Origin: Alphaproteobacteria bacterium
Lineage (GTDB): Bacteria; Pseudomonadota; Alphaproteobacteria; RF32; CAG-239
Length of the DNA: 56,155 nucleotides
NCBI GenBank assembly: GCA_017475935.1
Contig: JAFVEP010000024.1
Coordinates: 1 to 56,155 of the forward strand
Reading direction: 5' to 3'
Position 1 is the first letter of the stretch; the number at the start of each line of letters is the position of its first letter. Positions 17,599 to 28,050 of this stretch are shown here, piece after piece. The position numbers and the translations under genes were made by a program. A model generated the notes under the pieces. It was not told the origin of the DNA. It was given only the letters and a program-made list of their open reading frames with translations, and searched no databases.

Positions 17599-19407
17599 TT
17601 ACTTATCGCCGATTCTCAGCGCTTCAATAAATGCCGATTGCGGCACTTCAACTTTACCGAACTGACGCATGCGCTGTTTACCTTTCTTTTGGTTATCCAA
17701 AAGTTTACGTTTACGCGTTACATCGCCACCATAACATTTTGCCGTAACGTCTTTACGCATCGGTGCAATCGTTTCACGCGCCACAATACGCCCGCCGATC
17801 GCTGCCTGCAGCGGAATTTTAAACAAATGCCGCGGAATTAAGTCTTTCAGGCGTTCACAAATTTGCCGGCCGCGTGCTTCTGCTTCACCGCGATTACATA
17901 GAAACGCCAGCGCATCGACCGGTTCTTCATTAATCAAAATCTGCACTTTCACCAGATCAGCCGGCGCATAGCCGATCAGCTCATAATTAAAGCTGGCATA
18001 TCCGCTGCTGATTGATTTCAATCGATCGTAAAAATCAAACACAATTTCGCTGAGAGGAATTTTATAAACAACCATCGCCCGATTACCGACATAGGTTAAA
18101 TCTTCCTGTTCACCGCGGCGTTCCGTACATAGTTTAAGAATGGAACCCAAGTAGTCGTCCGGAACCATAATTGTTGCTCTGACCATCGGCTCTTCAATAC
18201 GCGCAATCGACGTCACATCAGGCATATCCGCCGGATTATGCAGCACCATTTCGCTGCCGTTCGTCAAATAAATATTGTAAGCAACCGACGGTGCCGTGGT
18301 GATAATGTCCAAGTCAAACTCGCGGCCGATCCGCTCCTGAATAATTTCCATATGCAGCAAACCCAAAAAGCCGCAACGGAATCCCAACCCCAAAGCCGTC
18401 GATGTTTCCGGTTGATAGTTAATACTCGCGTCGTTCAATTTAAGCTTAGCCAACGCATCTTTGAGCGCATTATATTGACTGCTGTCCACCGGAAAAATGG
18501 AACAGAAAACGACGGAAACGGAAGGTTTAAATCCCTCCAACGCCTGAGCGCACGGATTTTTATTGTCGGTAATCGTATCACCGATCCGGCAGTCTTCCAA
18601 ACTTTTAATGCTCGCCGTTACAAAGCCGACCTCTCCCGGATAAAGAGCTTCGCTATCTGTCATTTTCGGGGTAAACACACCGATTCGATCAATGACATAA
18701 TCATTGCCGCCGGCCATCATCCGAATATTTTGTTTTTTGCGCAGCACACCGTCTTTCACCCGCACTAAGATAACTACGCCCAAATAAGAGTCATACCAGC
18801 TATCAATCAGCAGAGCTTTGGTCGGTGCATTAATATCGCCCTGCGGCGCCGGCAGTTTATGAACGATTGTTTCCAGCAAGTTTTCAATTCCTACGCCGGT
18901 TTTGCCGGAAACTTCCACCGCGTCGGATGTATCCAATCCGATCACATCTTCAATTTGTGCTTTCACTCTCTCCACATCAGCGGAAGGCAAATCAATTTTA
19001 TTTAAGGCTGTGATAATTTCATGATTATTATCCAACGAAAGATAAACATTCGCCAGCGTTTGTGCTTCAACTCCCTGTGTGGCATCCACCACCAAAACCG
19101 TACCTTCGCATGACGCCAGCGAGCGCGAAACCTCGTACGTAAAATCGACATGCCCCGGTGTATCAATCATGTTGAGCTGATAAGTCTGTCCGTCTTTTGC
19201 CCGATAGTTCAAACGCACCGTCTGCGCCTTAATCGTAATCCCTCGTTCGCGCTCAATATCCATTGAATCCAAAACCTGTTCGGTCATTTCGCGTTGTTGC
19301 AAACCGCCGCAATACTCAATGATACGATCGGCAATCGTCGACTTTCCGTGATCAATGTGCGCCACGATGGCAAAGTTACGGATCAAACTCAAATCTGTCA
19401 TTTTCAC
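17599..19407 (-). CDS. lepA: translation elongation factor 4
   Basis: [17 protein letters not shown] and NKIDL motifs, 602 aa. Confidence 0.95.
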   Translation of the reverse strand: MKMTDLSLIRNFAIVAHIDHGKSTIADRIIEYCGGLQQREMTEQVLDSMDIERERGITIKAQTVRLNYRAKDGQTYQLNMIDTPGHVDFTYEVSRSLASCEGTVLVVDATQGVEAQTLANVYLSLDNNHEIITALNKIDLPSADVERVKAQIEDVIGLDTSDAVEVSGKTGVGIENLLETIVHKLPAPQGDINAPTKALLIDSWYDSYLGVVILVRVKDGVLRKKQNIRMMAGGNDYVIDRIGVFTPKMTDSEALYPGEVGFVTASIKSLEDCRIGDTITDNKNPCAQALEGFKPSVSVVFCSIFPVDSSQYNALKDALAKLKLNDASINYQPETSTALGLGFRCGFLGLLHMEIIQERIGREFDLDIITTAPSVAYNIYLTNGSEMVLHNPADMPDVTSIARIEEPMVRATIMVPDDYLGSILKLCTERRGEQEDLTYVGNRAMVVYKIPLSEIVFDFYDRLKSISSGYASFNYELIGYAPADLVKVQILINEEPVDALAFLCNRGEAEARGRQICERLKDLIPRHLFKIPLQAAIGGRIVARETIAPMRKDVTAKCYGGDVTRKRKLLDNQKKGKQRMRQFGKVEVPQSAFIEALRIGDK

Positions 19408-19511
19408 TCCTTAAAAACAGCCCTAACATAATTTATTTTTTCGTTTTAATCAATAATTATTGTCAAATGTTAAAAAATATGTTTTAATAGACGAAAGTCA
19501 GGAGAAATAAA

Positions 19512-19949
19512 ATGCGTAAAATGATTGACATTGAATTCGGTTCTTCGCGCTATAATGAGCTTGTCGAGCTGCGCTACAAAATTTTATTGGAACCGCTCGG
19601 GTTAAAATTTTTGGATTCATTTCGCCCCGAAGAAGCCAAATATTTGCATTTAGGCTGTGTCGAATCTTTAGATAATCGACTTGTCGGCGGACTGATTTTA
19701 GCACCGGTTGACGATGAAACCATCCGCATGATGCAGGTTGCCGTCGATACAATCTATCAGGGTGAAGGAATTGGCCGTGAATTGGTAAAATATGCCGAAA
19801 AACGCGCCAAAGAAGCCGGCTATTCCAAGATTGTTATGCACGCCATGCTCTCCGTGGTCGGTTTTTATGAATCACTTGGTTTTCAGCATAAAGGCGATGC
19901 TTTCGAAGAGCAAGGCATTACCTTTATGAAAATGGTCAAAGAATTGTAG
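19512..19949 (+). CDS. GNAT-family N-acetyltransferase
   Basis: Acetyl-CoA motif QVAVDTIYQGEGIGRELV, 145 aa. Confidence 0.8.
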   Translation: MRKMIDIEFGSSRYNELVELRYKILLEPLGLKFLDSFRPEEAKYLHLGCVESLDNRLVGGLILAPVDDETIRMMQVAVDTIYQGEGIGRELVKYAEKRAKEAGYSKIVMHAMLSVVGFYESLGFQHKGDAFEEQGITFMKMVKEL

Positions 19950-19956
19950 GTGATAG

Positions 19957-20832
19957 ATGAAAAACAACTTGTGCATTGCTGATTTTTTAGACAAGCTTTG
20001 CCGCAATCGGTATGATAAAAACGGAATTGATCTGGCAGAACAAGCCTTGCATAACCTGCGCTCCATTGTCTCAGCCGATGATTATGGAAAGATCGTTTTT
20101 TTGAACCACGCCGTCAGATCTTTTGAATCTATGATGGATGGAGAAAAAGTTGATCTTGAAGCCCCTGAGGTACAAGAAAGAATTTCTCAATATAAAAAGG
20201 CTATTGAAAGCGATTTTCTTCACCCTGAAAACAAAATCGCACGATATGATGTTTTGCTGCAGTTTTTGAGCTATAATCAGGCCGGAAACTCTCAATATTT
20301 TGATGTTTTGCAAAAAAAACTTGATCATATAGCTGCCGGCGATGACCACAAATTAGAAAATTGCTATAAAGAAGCTTTCTTTTTCGGTCAGAATGTTAAC
20401 CGGACAAAATATTTAAAGGTCATGCATGACATATACACCAAGGCTCAAAACAAGAAAAAATTCCGCGAGGCAGCGAGTAAGCTCGGCTTAATTTTTGATC
20501 CGGTCAAAAACAAACCGATAACGGAAAGAAAGTTAACACCAGATCAAAGGCACAAACGGCTTCACGTTATTCTGGACCTTATTCAAAACCAACTTCCTCT
20601 TGAACAAGAAACCAATTTGATGGAAGAAGCTTTAACTTTGGCACACGCAAACAACCTTTCCAGAAGTGAAAATTTTGAACTGAAACGTTCTTTATGCCAA
20701 CGTTTGCAACAAAATTATTACGCCATGAACAATCCGGAAGCCGGCAACAAAAAAGGGTTGGAGTACGGAAAGTGGGACAGAGCCCTTACTCAAGCAATGG
20801 TGCGCGGACATGAGCGGCACGACACATATTGA
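19957..20832 (+). CDS. hypothetical protein (291 aa, predicted helical, no signal peptide)
   Basis: Intact ORF 7 nt after the GNAT gene. No recognisable motif. Confidence 0.55.
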   Translation: MKNNLCIADFLDKLCRNRYDKNGIDLAEQALHNLRSIVSADDYGKIVFLNHAVRSFESMMDGEKVDLEAPEVQERISQYKKAIESDFLHPENKIARYDVLLQFLSYNQAGNSQYFDVLQKKLDHIAAGDDHKLENCYKEAFFFGQNVNRTKYLKVMHDIYTKAQNKKKFREAASKLGLIFDPVKNKPITERKLTPDQRHKRLHVILDLIQNQLPLEQETNLMEEALTLAHANNLSRSENFELKRSLCQRLQQNYYAMNNPEAGNKKGLEYGKWDRALTQAMVRGHERHDTY

Positions 20833-20840
20833 TGATTTTT

Positions 20841-21902
20841 TTATTTCTGTAAGTAAATCGGGCTTTTTTTGTACTCTTTAATCGCCATTTTCAGCATCAC
20901 GCCGATGCATGCGGCAACCGGCACGGCGATAATCATCCCGAGGAGTCCGAGCAGAACACCGCCGGCGAGCAAAGCAAACATCACCCATACCGGATGCAAA
21001 CCGATGTTTTCGCCGACCAATTTCGGAGTTAAGAAATTTCCCTCAATAAACTGACCGATCAAAAAGACGGCAACAACCTCTAAAATTTTCGGCAAAGTTC
21101 CGTATTGTGTCACCACCAAAACCATCGCCATTAAAAAACCGCTGATTGATCCGACATAAGGAATAAACGAAATCAAACCGGCTAAAAATCCGACCAAAAC
21201 ACCTAAATGCAGGTTAACCAGCCACAAGCCGCAAGAATAAAATGTCCCAAGAATCACACAGACCAAAAACTGCCCGCGCAAATAGCCTGAAATTATCCGA
21301 TTAACTTCCTCTGCAAATTCTTTCACAATTTTTTTATTTCTTTTCGGCACCAAATCATAGATTTTTCCAACAAAATCCGGCCAATCACGCAGCATATAAA
21401 ACGCCACAACCGGTGCGATCAACAGCAGCGAAACCACATTCACCAGTGCAAAGCCGTTCTGTATAACACTTTTAACGACTTTCGCCGCCGGTTTGAACGA
21501 TTCGCCGATATTCCCCTGCAGCATTTGCTCCACATTTTCAATACCCAAGCTCGGCGCCAGAACCGTCAGCCGATGAACCCATTGTGTTATTTTTTCACCG
21601 AAAGAGCTGATGAACTGCGGCAAATCCGCCAAAAACTGCCCGATCTGCGAAACCGCTGCCCCGCCGATCAACAGCAGCAGCGGAAACAAAATAAGCAAAA
21701 ACGTCCCCAAAACAACCACTGTCGCACTTGTACGCGAAAGTTTTTTCATTTTTTGCACAAACGGATTTAAGAAATACGCCAGCGCAATACCGACCACAAA
21801 CGGAAGCAATACGGAGCGCAGGACATAAAGAAAACCGCACACCACAACTCCGACAACAGCTATCAACAGATAACGTTTATTTTTCACTTGCTGATCTTTC
21901 AT
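20841..21902 (-). CDS. AI-2E family transporter (PerM/YhhT-like)
   Basis: 353 aa polytopic protein. The C-terminal PKLVGENIGLHPVWVMFALLAGGVLLGLLGMIIAVPV is typical of the family. Confidence 0.8.
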   Translation of the reverse strand: MKDQQVKNKRYLLIAVVGVVVCGFLYVLRSVLLPFVVGIALAYFLNPFVQKMKKLSRTSATVVVLGTFLLILFPLLLLIGGAAVSQIGQFLADLPQFISSFGEKITQWVHRLTVLAPSLGIENVEQMLQGNIGESFKPAAKVVKSVIQNGFALVNVVSLLLIAPVVAFYMLRDWPDFVGKIYDLVPKRNKKIVKEFAEEVNRIISGYLRGQFLVCVILGTFYSCGLWLVNLHLGVLVGFLAGLISFIPYVGSISGFLMAMVLVVTQYGTLPKILEVVAVFLIGQFIEGNFLTPKLVGENIGLHPVWVMFALLAGGVLLGLLGMIIAVPVAACIGVMLKMAIKEYKKSPIYLQK

Positions 21903-21906
21903 TTTC

Positions 21907-22947
21907 TCACCTTATGATAAAGTAGTTGCCGGCAGTCTCATAACTTAAACCGATTTCCTGCAGAGCCTGCCACAGTGCTTCCAACGATCCGGTATAGCGA
22001 ATTATAAAATTAACTTTGCCGCCGCCGAAGCTTTGCGTATCAATTCCCTCGACCATGGAAAGCTCGGTCATGGCCGTACTTTTTGTCAGCCAATCCTTCA
22101 TATCTTGATAGATATAGACCGCATTAATCTGCCCGACAGATATACTTTTTTCCGCATTTTTCATCTGTCTTTCCATATTAGAAATATACATCACGCTTTT
22201 TTCCACGGCTTTATCAAATATATCATTTTTCTGATCATTATAGATCGTAAAGCTGTCTTCGCTTTTATTTTTTTCATTTTTAATGATGATTTTCAAATCT
22301 TCATTTGGCAATTTCTGGGCATAAACCACATAAATCCGATCTGTTCCGGCCATTTGTGCAATTTGTTCATAAAGACCGGAACCCATATAAAGGGCATTTT
22401 CCGCTGATAGTTCATACAGATTTCTGTACCGATCGGAAATCGTATGAAGCTGCATATTGCCGAACTTAATCAAGCCTTTAGAGAGCCAATTTTTTCGCCA
22501 ATCATTGGCGTTTTCCCATAAAAGGGGTTGCGCATCATATTCCGACTTAAAGACGGGCAGAACCAACATTTCAACGGTTTCAGACTGAATCATCTGGTTT
22601 TCGATTAAATAATCTTTTAAGAGTTGTCCGTCAATTTGCACAGTCAAGTCTGCGGTATATTTCGTTCCGCCGGCTTTTTCATTTTCAACTCCGACGGAGC
22701 GAATAAAATGGGCAATTTCATTATCGGACAAATCATTCAATTTTTCAATATTTTCCGCTTCCGTCAGGCGTGCGGCAACTTCCAAAAACGCCTGACGCTG
22801 GGCATCTGTCATCGCTTTTTCTTTAGCTTTAACCGAATCTTCGGCGGTAACATCAACCTCAACCAAGGCGGCATAATCTGTTTTGGCACAAGCGCCGAAG
22901 GCCCACAAAAAGCAAATCATCACATACAAAAGAAATTTCATAAACAA
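21907..22947 (-). CDS. exported hypothetical protein (possibly DUF2066-like)
   Basis: Signal peptide MFMKFLLYVMICFLWAFGACA. Located 4 nt upstream of the AI-2E gene. Confidence 0.5.
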   Translation of the reverse strand: MFMKFLLYVMICFLWAFGACAKTDYAALVEVDVTAEDSVKAKEKAMTDAQRQAFLEVAARLTEAENIEKLNDLSDNEIAHFIRSVGVENEKAGGTKYTADLTVQIDGQLLKDYLIENQMIQSETVEMLVLPVFKSEYDAQPLLWENANDWRKNWLSKGLIKFGNMQLHTISDRYRNLYELSAENALYMGSGLYEQIAQMAGTDRIYVVYAQKLPNEDLKIIIKNEKNKSEDSFTIYNDQKNDIFDKAVEKSVMYISNMERQMKNAEKSISVGQINAVYIYQDMKDWLTKSTAMTELSMVEGIDTQSFGGGKVNFIIRYTGSLEALWQALQEIGLSYETAGNYFIIR

Positions 22948-23084
22948 CTCCTTTATTCAAAAACGTTGCGTTTAACATATTACAAATTCGGTTAAAAAGC
23001 AAAACTTTTTATAGATTTTTTAATACTTGTGTAGTTTATTATGAGCATTAATTTATAGAGTCAGAATAATTCGGGACAATATCA

Positions 23085-24089
23085 ATGATTAAAAGCAATT
23101 ATATAAAAGAATTAATTGAAAAAGCCAAAAAGGATATCAAAACCATTGTCTTGCCTGAAGGCGAGGACGAGCGCGTTCTTGAGGCGGCTCACGTCATCAC
23201 GGAAGCCAAAGCAGCCAAAATCGTCATTCTCGGCGATGAAGCGGAAATCAAAAAGTTTTATCAAAAAAACAACTGGGATCTGCACGATATTCAAATTATC
23301 AAACCTGAAGAATCGCCGCATTTGGAAGAATATACGCAACTCTTATACGACTTGCGCAAAGAAAAGGGGTTATCTCGTGAAGATGCCGCCAAACTGGCGC
23401 TTAATTACAACTACTTCGGAACGCTGATGATCAACGCTGGTGCTGCCGATGGTATGGTTTCCGGTGCCAATCACTCTACGGCCGATACGGTACGGCCGGC
23501 ACTGCAAATTATTAAATCGGCTAAAAAAGGACGGTGCGCTTCTTCGTTTTTCATCATTTTAGCCAAGGGTGAGCCTTATATCTTCGCGGATTGCGGTATT
23601 GTGATTAATCCGACCGATCAGGAAATGGCCGACATTGCTTTGTCATCGGCCGAAACGGCTTTACATTTCGGCATCAAACCGAGCATTGCCATGCTTTCTT
23701 TTTCAACGAAAGGTTCGGGCAAAGGCGACGAGGTGGAAAAAGTCAAGCGCGCAACCAAAATCGCCCAAGAGACCTTGCAAAGCGATGAATATAAAAATCT
23801 CGGCATTGAAATCGATGGCGAACTACAAGCCGATGCCGCTTTGGATATGACGGTTGCCGCCAAAAAAGCACCGGGAAGCCCTGTGGCCGGTCGGGCTAAA
23901 ATCATGGTTTTCCCGACATTGGAAGCCGGAAATATTTGCTATAAAATGTTGCAGCGCTTAGGCGGATGCGAAGCCTACGGACCGGTTTTGCAAGGACTGA
24001 ATGCACCGGTGAACGATTTATCGCGCGGCTGTTTTGCCGAAGACATTGTCGGCACAATCGCCATCACTTGTTTGCAAGCCATAAAATAA
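23085..24089 (+). CDS. pta: phosphate acetyltransferase (short, catalytic-domain-only form)
   Basis: 334 aa PTA_PTB domain (VLPEGEDERVLEAA...GANHSTADTVRPALQ), followed by ackA. Confidence 0.9.
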   Translation: MIKSNYIKELIEKAKKDIKTIVLPEGEDERVLEAAHVITEAKAAKIVILGDEAEIKKFYQKNNWDLHDIQIIKPEESPHLEEYTQLLYDLRKEKGLSREDAAKLALNYNYFGTLMINAGAADGMVSGANHSTADTVRPALQIIKSAKKGRCASSFFIILAKGEPYIFADCGIVINPTDQEMADIALSSAETALHFGIKPSIAMLSFSTKGSGKGDEVEKVKRATKIAQETLQSDEYKNLGIEIDGELQADAALDMTVAAKKAPGSPVAGRAKIMVFPTLEAGNICYKMLQRLGGCEAYGPVLQGLNAPVNDLSRGCFAEDIVGTIAITCLQAIK

Positions 24090-24101
24090 AGGAAAAAAAA
24101 G

Positions 24102-25283
24102 ATGAAAAAAATTCTGGTTATCAACTGCGGTTCTTCCTCACTAAAATTTCAGCTCTACGACGTTGAAGCGAATACATATAACGTGGTATCAAAAGGTATT
24201 GCCGAACGCATCGGCCAAGAAAACGCCGTCATCAAAATCGCTTACGGCGACGGACCTAAAACCGAACACCCGACGGCTATGCCGACGCATTCGGAAGCTA
24301 TCCGCGGTGTTTTCAAGCTTCTGCTCAACGGTGCTTTAAAAAGCATGGATGAGCTTTATGCCGTCGGTCACCGTATCGTCCAAGGCGGCGATATTTTCAA
24401 AGAATCCGTATTGGTCACCGACCAAGTGATTGAGGACATTGCTTCTTTGTCAGATCTTGCTCCTTTGCATAATCCTGCGCATGTTCTCGGCATCAAAGCG
24501 GTTAAAGAAGTTTTGCCAAACATTCCGCAAGTCGTGGTGTTTGATACTTCTTTTCACCAAACCATGGCGCCGGAAGCTTACCTTTATGCCCTACCGGAAG
24601 ACCAGTACAAGCGCAACAAAATCCGCCGTTACGGTTTTCACGGAACATCTCATAAGTATGTTTCCGAGGAATGCGCCAAGCTCATCGGTAAAAAAGGCAA
24701 AATCATTACGCTCCACTTAGGCAACGGTGCTTCTCTGGCGGCTATCGACAACGGCAAGTGCATTGACACATCCATGGGCTTCACACCTCTGGCCGGAACC
24801 ATTATGGGCACGCGTTGCGGCGATGTTGATCCTTATGTTCCGGTTTATATCATGAAAAAAGACGGATTAAGCGCCGACGAAGTCAATAATTTAATGAACA
24901 AACAAAGCGGCATGCTGGCTTTGTGCGGATTTTCCGACAATCGTGATATAGAATCGGGCATGCTGGCCGGCGATGAAAAATGCACTTTAGCAACCAAGTG
25001 CTATGTGCACTCTTTGGTCAAAATTATCGGTTCTTACATTGCCGAACTCGGCGGTGTCGATGCCATTGTCTTTACCGCCGGCGTCGGTGAAAACGGCGTG
25101 GTTATGCGGAAAATGGTTATGGAAAAACTTTCCTATTTAGGGATTAAAGTTGATGAAGAAAACAACCAAAAGCATAGCGAACTTGTCATGCTTTCAACAC
25201 CGGATTCAAAAGTCAAGGTTTATATGATTCCGACTGATGAAGAACTGATGATTGCGAAAGATACCGTTCGTTTAACCGCCTAA
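24102..25283 (+). CDS. ackA: acetate kinase
   Basis: ILVINCGSSSLKFQL and RRYGFHGTSH motifs, 393 aa. Confidence 0.95.
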   Translation: MKKILVINCGSSSLKFQLYDVEANTYNVVSKGIAERIGQENAVIKIAYGDGPKTEHPTAMPTHSEAIRGVFKLLLNGALKSMDELYAVGHRIVQGGDIFKESVLVTDQVIEDIASLSDLAPLHNPAHVLGIKAVKEVLPNIPQVVVFDTSFHQTMAPEAYLYALPEDQYKRNKIRRYGFHGTSHKYVSEECAKLIGKKGKIITLHLGNGASLAAIDNGKCIDTSMGFTPLAGTIMGTRCGDVDPYVPVYIMKKDGLSADEVNNLMNKQSGMLALCGFSDNRDIESGMLAGDEKCTLATKCYVHSLVKIIGSYIAELGGVDAIVFTAGVGENGVVMRKMVMEKLSYLGIKVDEENNQKHSELVMLSTPDSKVKVYMIPTDEELMIAKDTVRLTA

Positions 25284-25312
25284 GGTTCAGGGTGCAAACG
25301 CCGCCGGCATTT

Positions 25313-26482
25313 TTAACGAACAGGTGGCTTTTTGATGTTGTTAATTTTCAATATTCCGATAAAAAATCCGGAAAAAGCGAACTGCAGACCGATTTCCATC
25401 AAAAAGGCACTCAGCAGAACAAGCCGCACCATTTTTTCGGGAACAAGATTATGATATCCGGTTTCGGACCATGCGCTCAGCGCCGTCACACCCACGGCAA
25501 AACCGATCACAAACAAAAGGATTCCGCCGAAAATAAAATAATCCTCTTTGATGTGTATCATTTTTTCGGTGAACCGACTGACGGGAAGAAAGTTGTTTGT
25601 ACTGGCATATATTTTTGAAAAAAGAAACAGCAAAATAATGTTCACCCCGATAATTGCGGCAAATATGCAATAAAGCAAAGTATGTATGCTAAAGACAACA
25701 TCGCCGATTTGCACCGGACCGGCCAAAAGAAACATACTGCCTATTCCGCCGCAAACGGTCAAGAATATCCCCGGATAAAGATACAGCCAATCCGGTGTGT
25801 AGATGTATAAAAATTTAAGATGCCGCCAGCCGTCGCGAAAGCTTCTCAGATGCGGTTTATGCGATCTGCCGTCTTTTCGCAGCACGGTTGGAATCTGTGT
25901 AATTTTCAAATGATAGAGTTCCGCTTTCACGACCATTTCGGAGGCATATTCCATTCCGGCTGTCTGCAGCCCGAGTTTTTCGATACTTTTTTTATTATAA
26001 CCCCTTAATCCGCAATGAAAGTCTTTAATTTTGCTGTTAAAAAACAAGCGTCCGATGGCAGATAGAATCAGATTACCGACATACTTATGCAGCCAAGGCA
26101 TCGCGCCTTTTTCAATACCGCCGGCGAAACGATCTCCCATGACTAAATCATAACCCGCGCGCAATTTTTCCACAAAACCTTCCAAATGCAAAAAGTCATA
26201 ACTATCGTCCGCATCACCCATAATGACATATTTTCCGCGGGCATTTTGTGTACCGCAAATTAAGGCACTTCCGTATCCTTTTTTTTCAACATGAACAACT
26301 CTTGCCCCCATTTTTTGCGCTATTTCGGCACTTTTATCCGTACTGGCATTATCCGCGATTAAGATTTCGCCGGCAATTTGATAATTTTTAAGAAATTGCT
26401 GCGCTTTAGAAATACACGCACCAATCGTTTCCTCTTCATTAAGGCAAGGCATCAGAATGGTTAATTCTATTTCATCGGTCAT
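25313..26482 (-). CDS. family 2 glycosyltransferase with a C-terminal four-TM domain
   Basis: ILMPCLNEEETI, IADNASTDKS and the GDADDSYD DxD motif. Start placed at MTDEIE (26482), preceded by GGGAGA. The ORF extends to 26650. Confidence 0.8.
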   Translation of the reverse strand: MTDEIELTILMPCLNEEETIGACISKAQQFLKNYQIAGEILIADNASTDKSAEIAQKMGARVVHVEKKGYGSALICGTQNARGKYVIMGDADDSYDFLHLEGFVEKLRAGYDLVMGDRFAGGIEKGAMPWLHKYVGNLILSAIGRLFFNSKIKDFHCGLRGYNKKSIEKLGLQTAGMEYASEMVVKAELYHLKITQIPTVLRKDGRSHKPHLRSFRDGWRHLKFLYIYTPDWLYLYPGIFLTVCGGIGSMFLLAGPVQIGDVVFSIHTLLYCIFAAIIGVNIILLFLFSKIYASTNNFLPVSRFTEKMIHIKEDYFIFGGILLFVIGFAVGVTALSAWSETGYHNLVPEKMVRLVLLSAFLMEIGLQFAFSGFFIGILKINNIKKPPVR

Positions 26483-26652
26483 TTTTTCTCCCACAGCCGG
26501 TCTTTGTGATTGATCATAACAAATAAATATCTCCTTGTCCATGCTAAAAACCTGAAATGGAAATCTATAAAAAATAACCGACAAATATTCAAGCATAGAA
26601 AACAAAACATAATAAACAACAGTCAAAAAAACGTATCGAAACTCCAACAAAA

Positions 26653-26681
26653 AAGGAGTGGTTTTTCATAAACCACTCCTT
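26653..26681 (-). terminator. rho-independent terminator for the 26693 gene (U-tracts on both strands)
   Basis: Stem GGAGTGGTTT/AAACCACTCC with loop ttcat, flanked by A/T runs. Confidence 0.75.
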
Positions 26682-26692
26682 TTTTTTCATTT

Positions 26693-27043
26693 CTACAACA
26701 GCACCTGTTTGATCATTTCCTCGCTGTACACGCTGCGGAAATAAATGTCACGGACCAACCGTTTCGACACCTCTACACTCGTTCCGTTTTCACACTGGAA
26801 GAGGTATTCTTCTTTCTTGGCAATGCGCTTGGCCGGAACAAAGCGATACCCTCCCTGACTATCCCGTTCGATAAAGCACCGGCGCAACACATCAACGGCC
26901 TTATCCGTTCCGACGAGTTCGACACCGATTCTTTTCAGCAACGACATGTCATACATCTCTTCAATGACGCACCAACGAAGCGGCACTTTTTTCGGAATGC
27001 GAAAATATTCCCGAAAAAACTTGAGTGTTGTTTTTATCTCCAT
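26693..27043 (-). CDS. hypothetical protein (116 aa)
   Basis: Intact ORF with its own terminator. No recognisable motif. Confidence 0.5.
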   Translation of the reverse strand: MEIKTTLKFFREYFRIPKKVPLRWCVIEEMYDMSLLKRIGVELVGTDKAVDVLRRCFIERDSQGGYRFVPAKRIAKKEEYLFQCENGTSVEVSKRLVRDIYFRSVYSEEMIKQVLL

Positions 27044-27142
27044 AATTCAATAATTATTGGTGAATATCAGAGTCAGATTATATCCAAAATGACAAAATGT
27101 CAACAAAATTTTATATAGCGGCAAGAGCAAAATTTTTTCATA

Positions 27143-27176
27143 ACAAAAAAGGTATTCTTTCCAATCAGAATACCTT
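27143..27176 (-). terminator. rho-independent terminator for the 27201 gene
   Basis: Stem AAGGTATTCT/AGAATACCTT with an 8-nt loop, followed on the minus strand by TTTTTTGTT. Confidence 0.75.
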
Positions 27177-27200
27177 TTACCTTCAGTATAGCGGCCAAGT

Positions 27201-27467
27201 TTAATTATTGCCGTTTGGAGCCGGCTGCGGCGCGGGTGTATCCGATCCGGTCACTCCGTCTTTAACATCGCGGGCGACTTTTTTGGTACCGTCCCACACG
27301 TCACTGGTCACCTTTTTGGTACCGTCCCACACATCGCCGGTCACTTCTTTAGTACCATCCCATGTATCATCGGCCACTTCTTTGGTACCTTCCCACACAC
27401 CGTTTTCAGCAAAACAAGGCATGGCTGCCGACAATAAAAGTCCTAAAAGCAAATAAAATTTTTTCAT
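27201..27467 (-). CDS. small secreted protein with four 11-aa repeats (TK(E/K)VxxDxWDG)
   Basis: Start at MKKFYLLLGLLLSAAMPCFA (27467) with an AAAGGAGAAA RBS. 33-nt DNA repeats lie at about 27270-27400. Confidence 0.65.
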   Translation of the reverse strand: MKKFYLLLGLLLSAAMPCFAENGVWEGTKEVADDTWDGTKEVTGDVWDGTKKVTSDVWDGTKKVARDVKDGVTGSDTPAPQPAPNGNN

Positions 27468-27535
27468 CGGTTTCTCCTTTTCACATAAAAACATAATCAC
27501 CTGTGTTTTTATTTCAACGGATATCATACGAAAGA

Positions 27536-27931
27536 TCAAAACCGACTGCGAACAAATGTAAAACCAACCCATACAAAGCCGATAACAAGCGCTGCCAGTA
27601 ACACATAAAACGAGGCATACAAAATGCCGAGCAGAAGCAGAAAAGCCAGAACAAACATAAACAAACTCAGCACTATATCCGCAAGACTTTTCGTATTAAA
27701 TGAACGTTCCAAAGTGTCCGATAACGTTTCCGGCAATCCATCAACCCTTCGCCCGCATTTCACGCAATGCACGGCATCTACCGGCATATTTGCGCCGCAG
27801 TAATCGCATATCCGATAAAAGCCCTCCCCGTTATCTTTCATCAACCGCCGACACACGGGGCAGAAACGCCACCGCCAAAAGCGCCGCGGTTCAACTTCTT
27901 TCTGGCAATTAAAACAAAAATATTTTTTCAT
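27536..27931 (-). CDS. zinc-ribbon protein with a C-terminal TM hairpin
   Basis: Start at MKKYFCFNCQ (27931) with a GGAGAGG RBS. Four CxxC pairs (CFNC, CPVC, CDYC, CVKC) are followed by two hydrophobic helices. Confidence 0.6.
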   Translation of the reverse strand: MKKYFCFNCQKEVEPRRFWRWRFCPVCRRLMKDNGEGFYRICDYCGANMPVDAVHCVKCGRRVDGLPETLSDTLERSFNTKSLADIVLSLFMFVLAFLLLLGILYASFYVLLAALVIGFVWVGFTFVRSRF

Positions 27932-28050
27932 CAGCCTCTCCTGTCCATAACTTAGGTTCTTTTGCCATAAAATGCAAGAGAATAAAAATTGATGACTTCT
28001 TAATATTTTTATATTAAGATGCACGTATATGTCTGTTTATGGAGGCAAAA

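Noticed and set aside
25292-25618. 108-aa plus-strand ORF after ackA
   Set aside because: It overlaps, in antisense, the TM-rich 3' end of the GT2 gene. It has no RBS and starts at a GTG inside the ackA/GT2 convergent junction.
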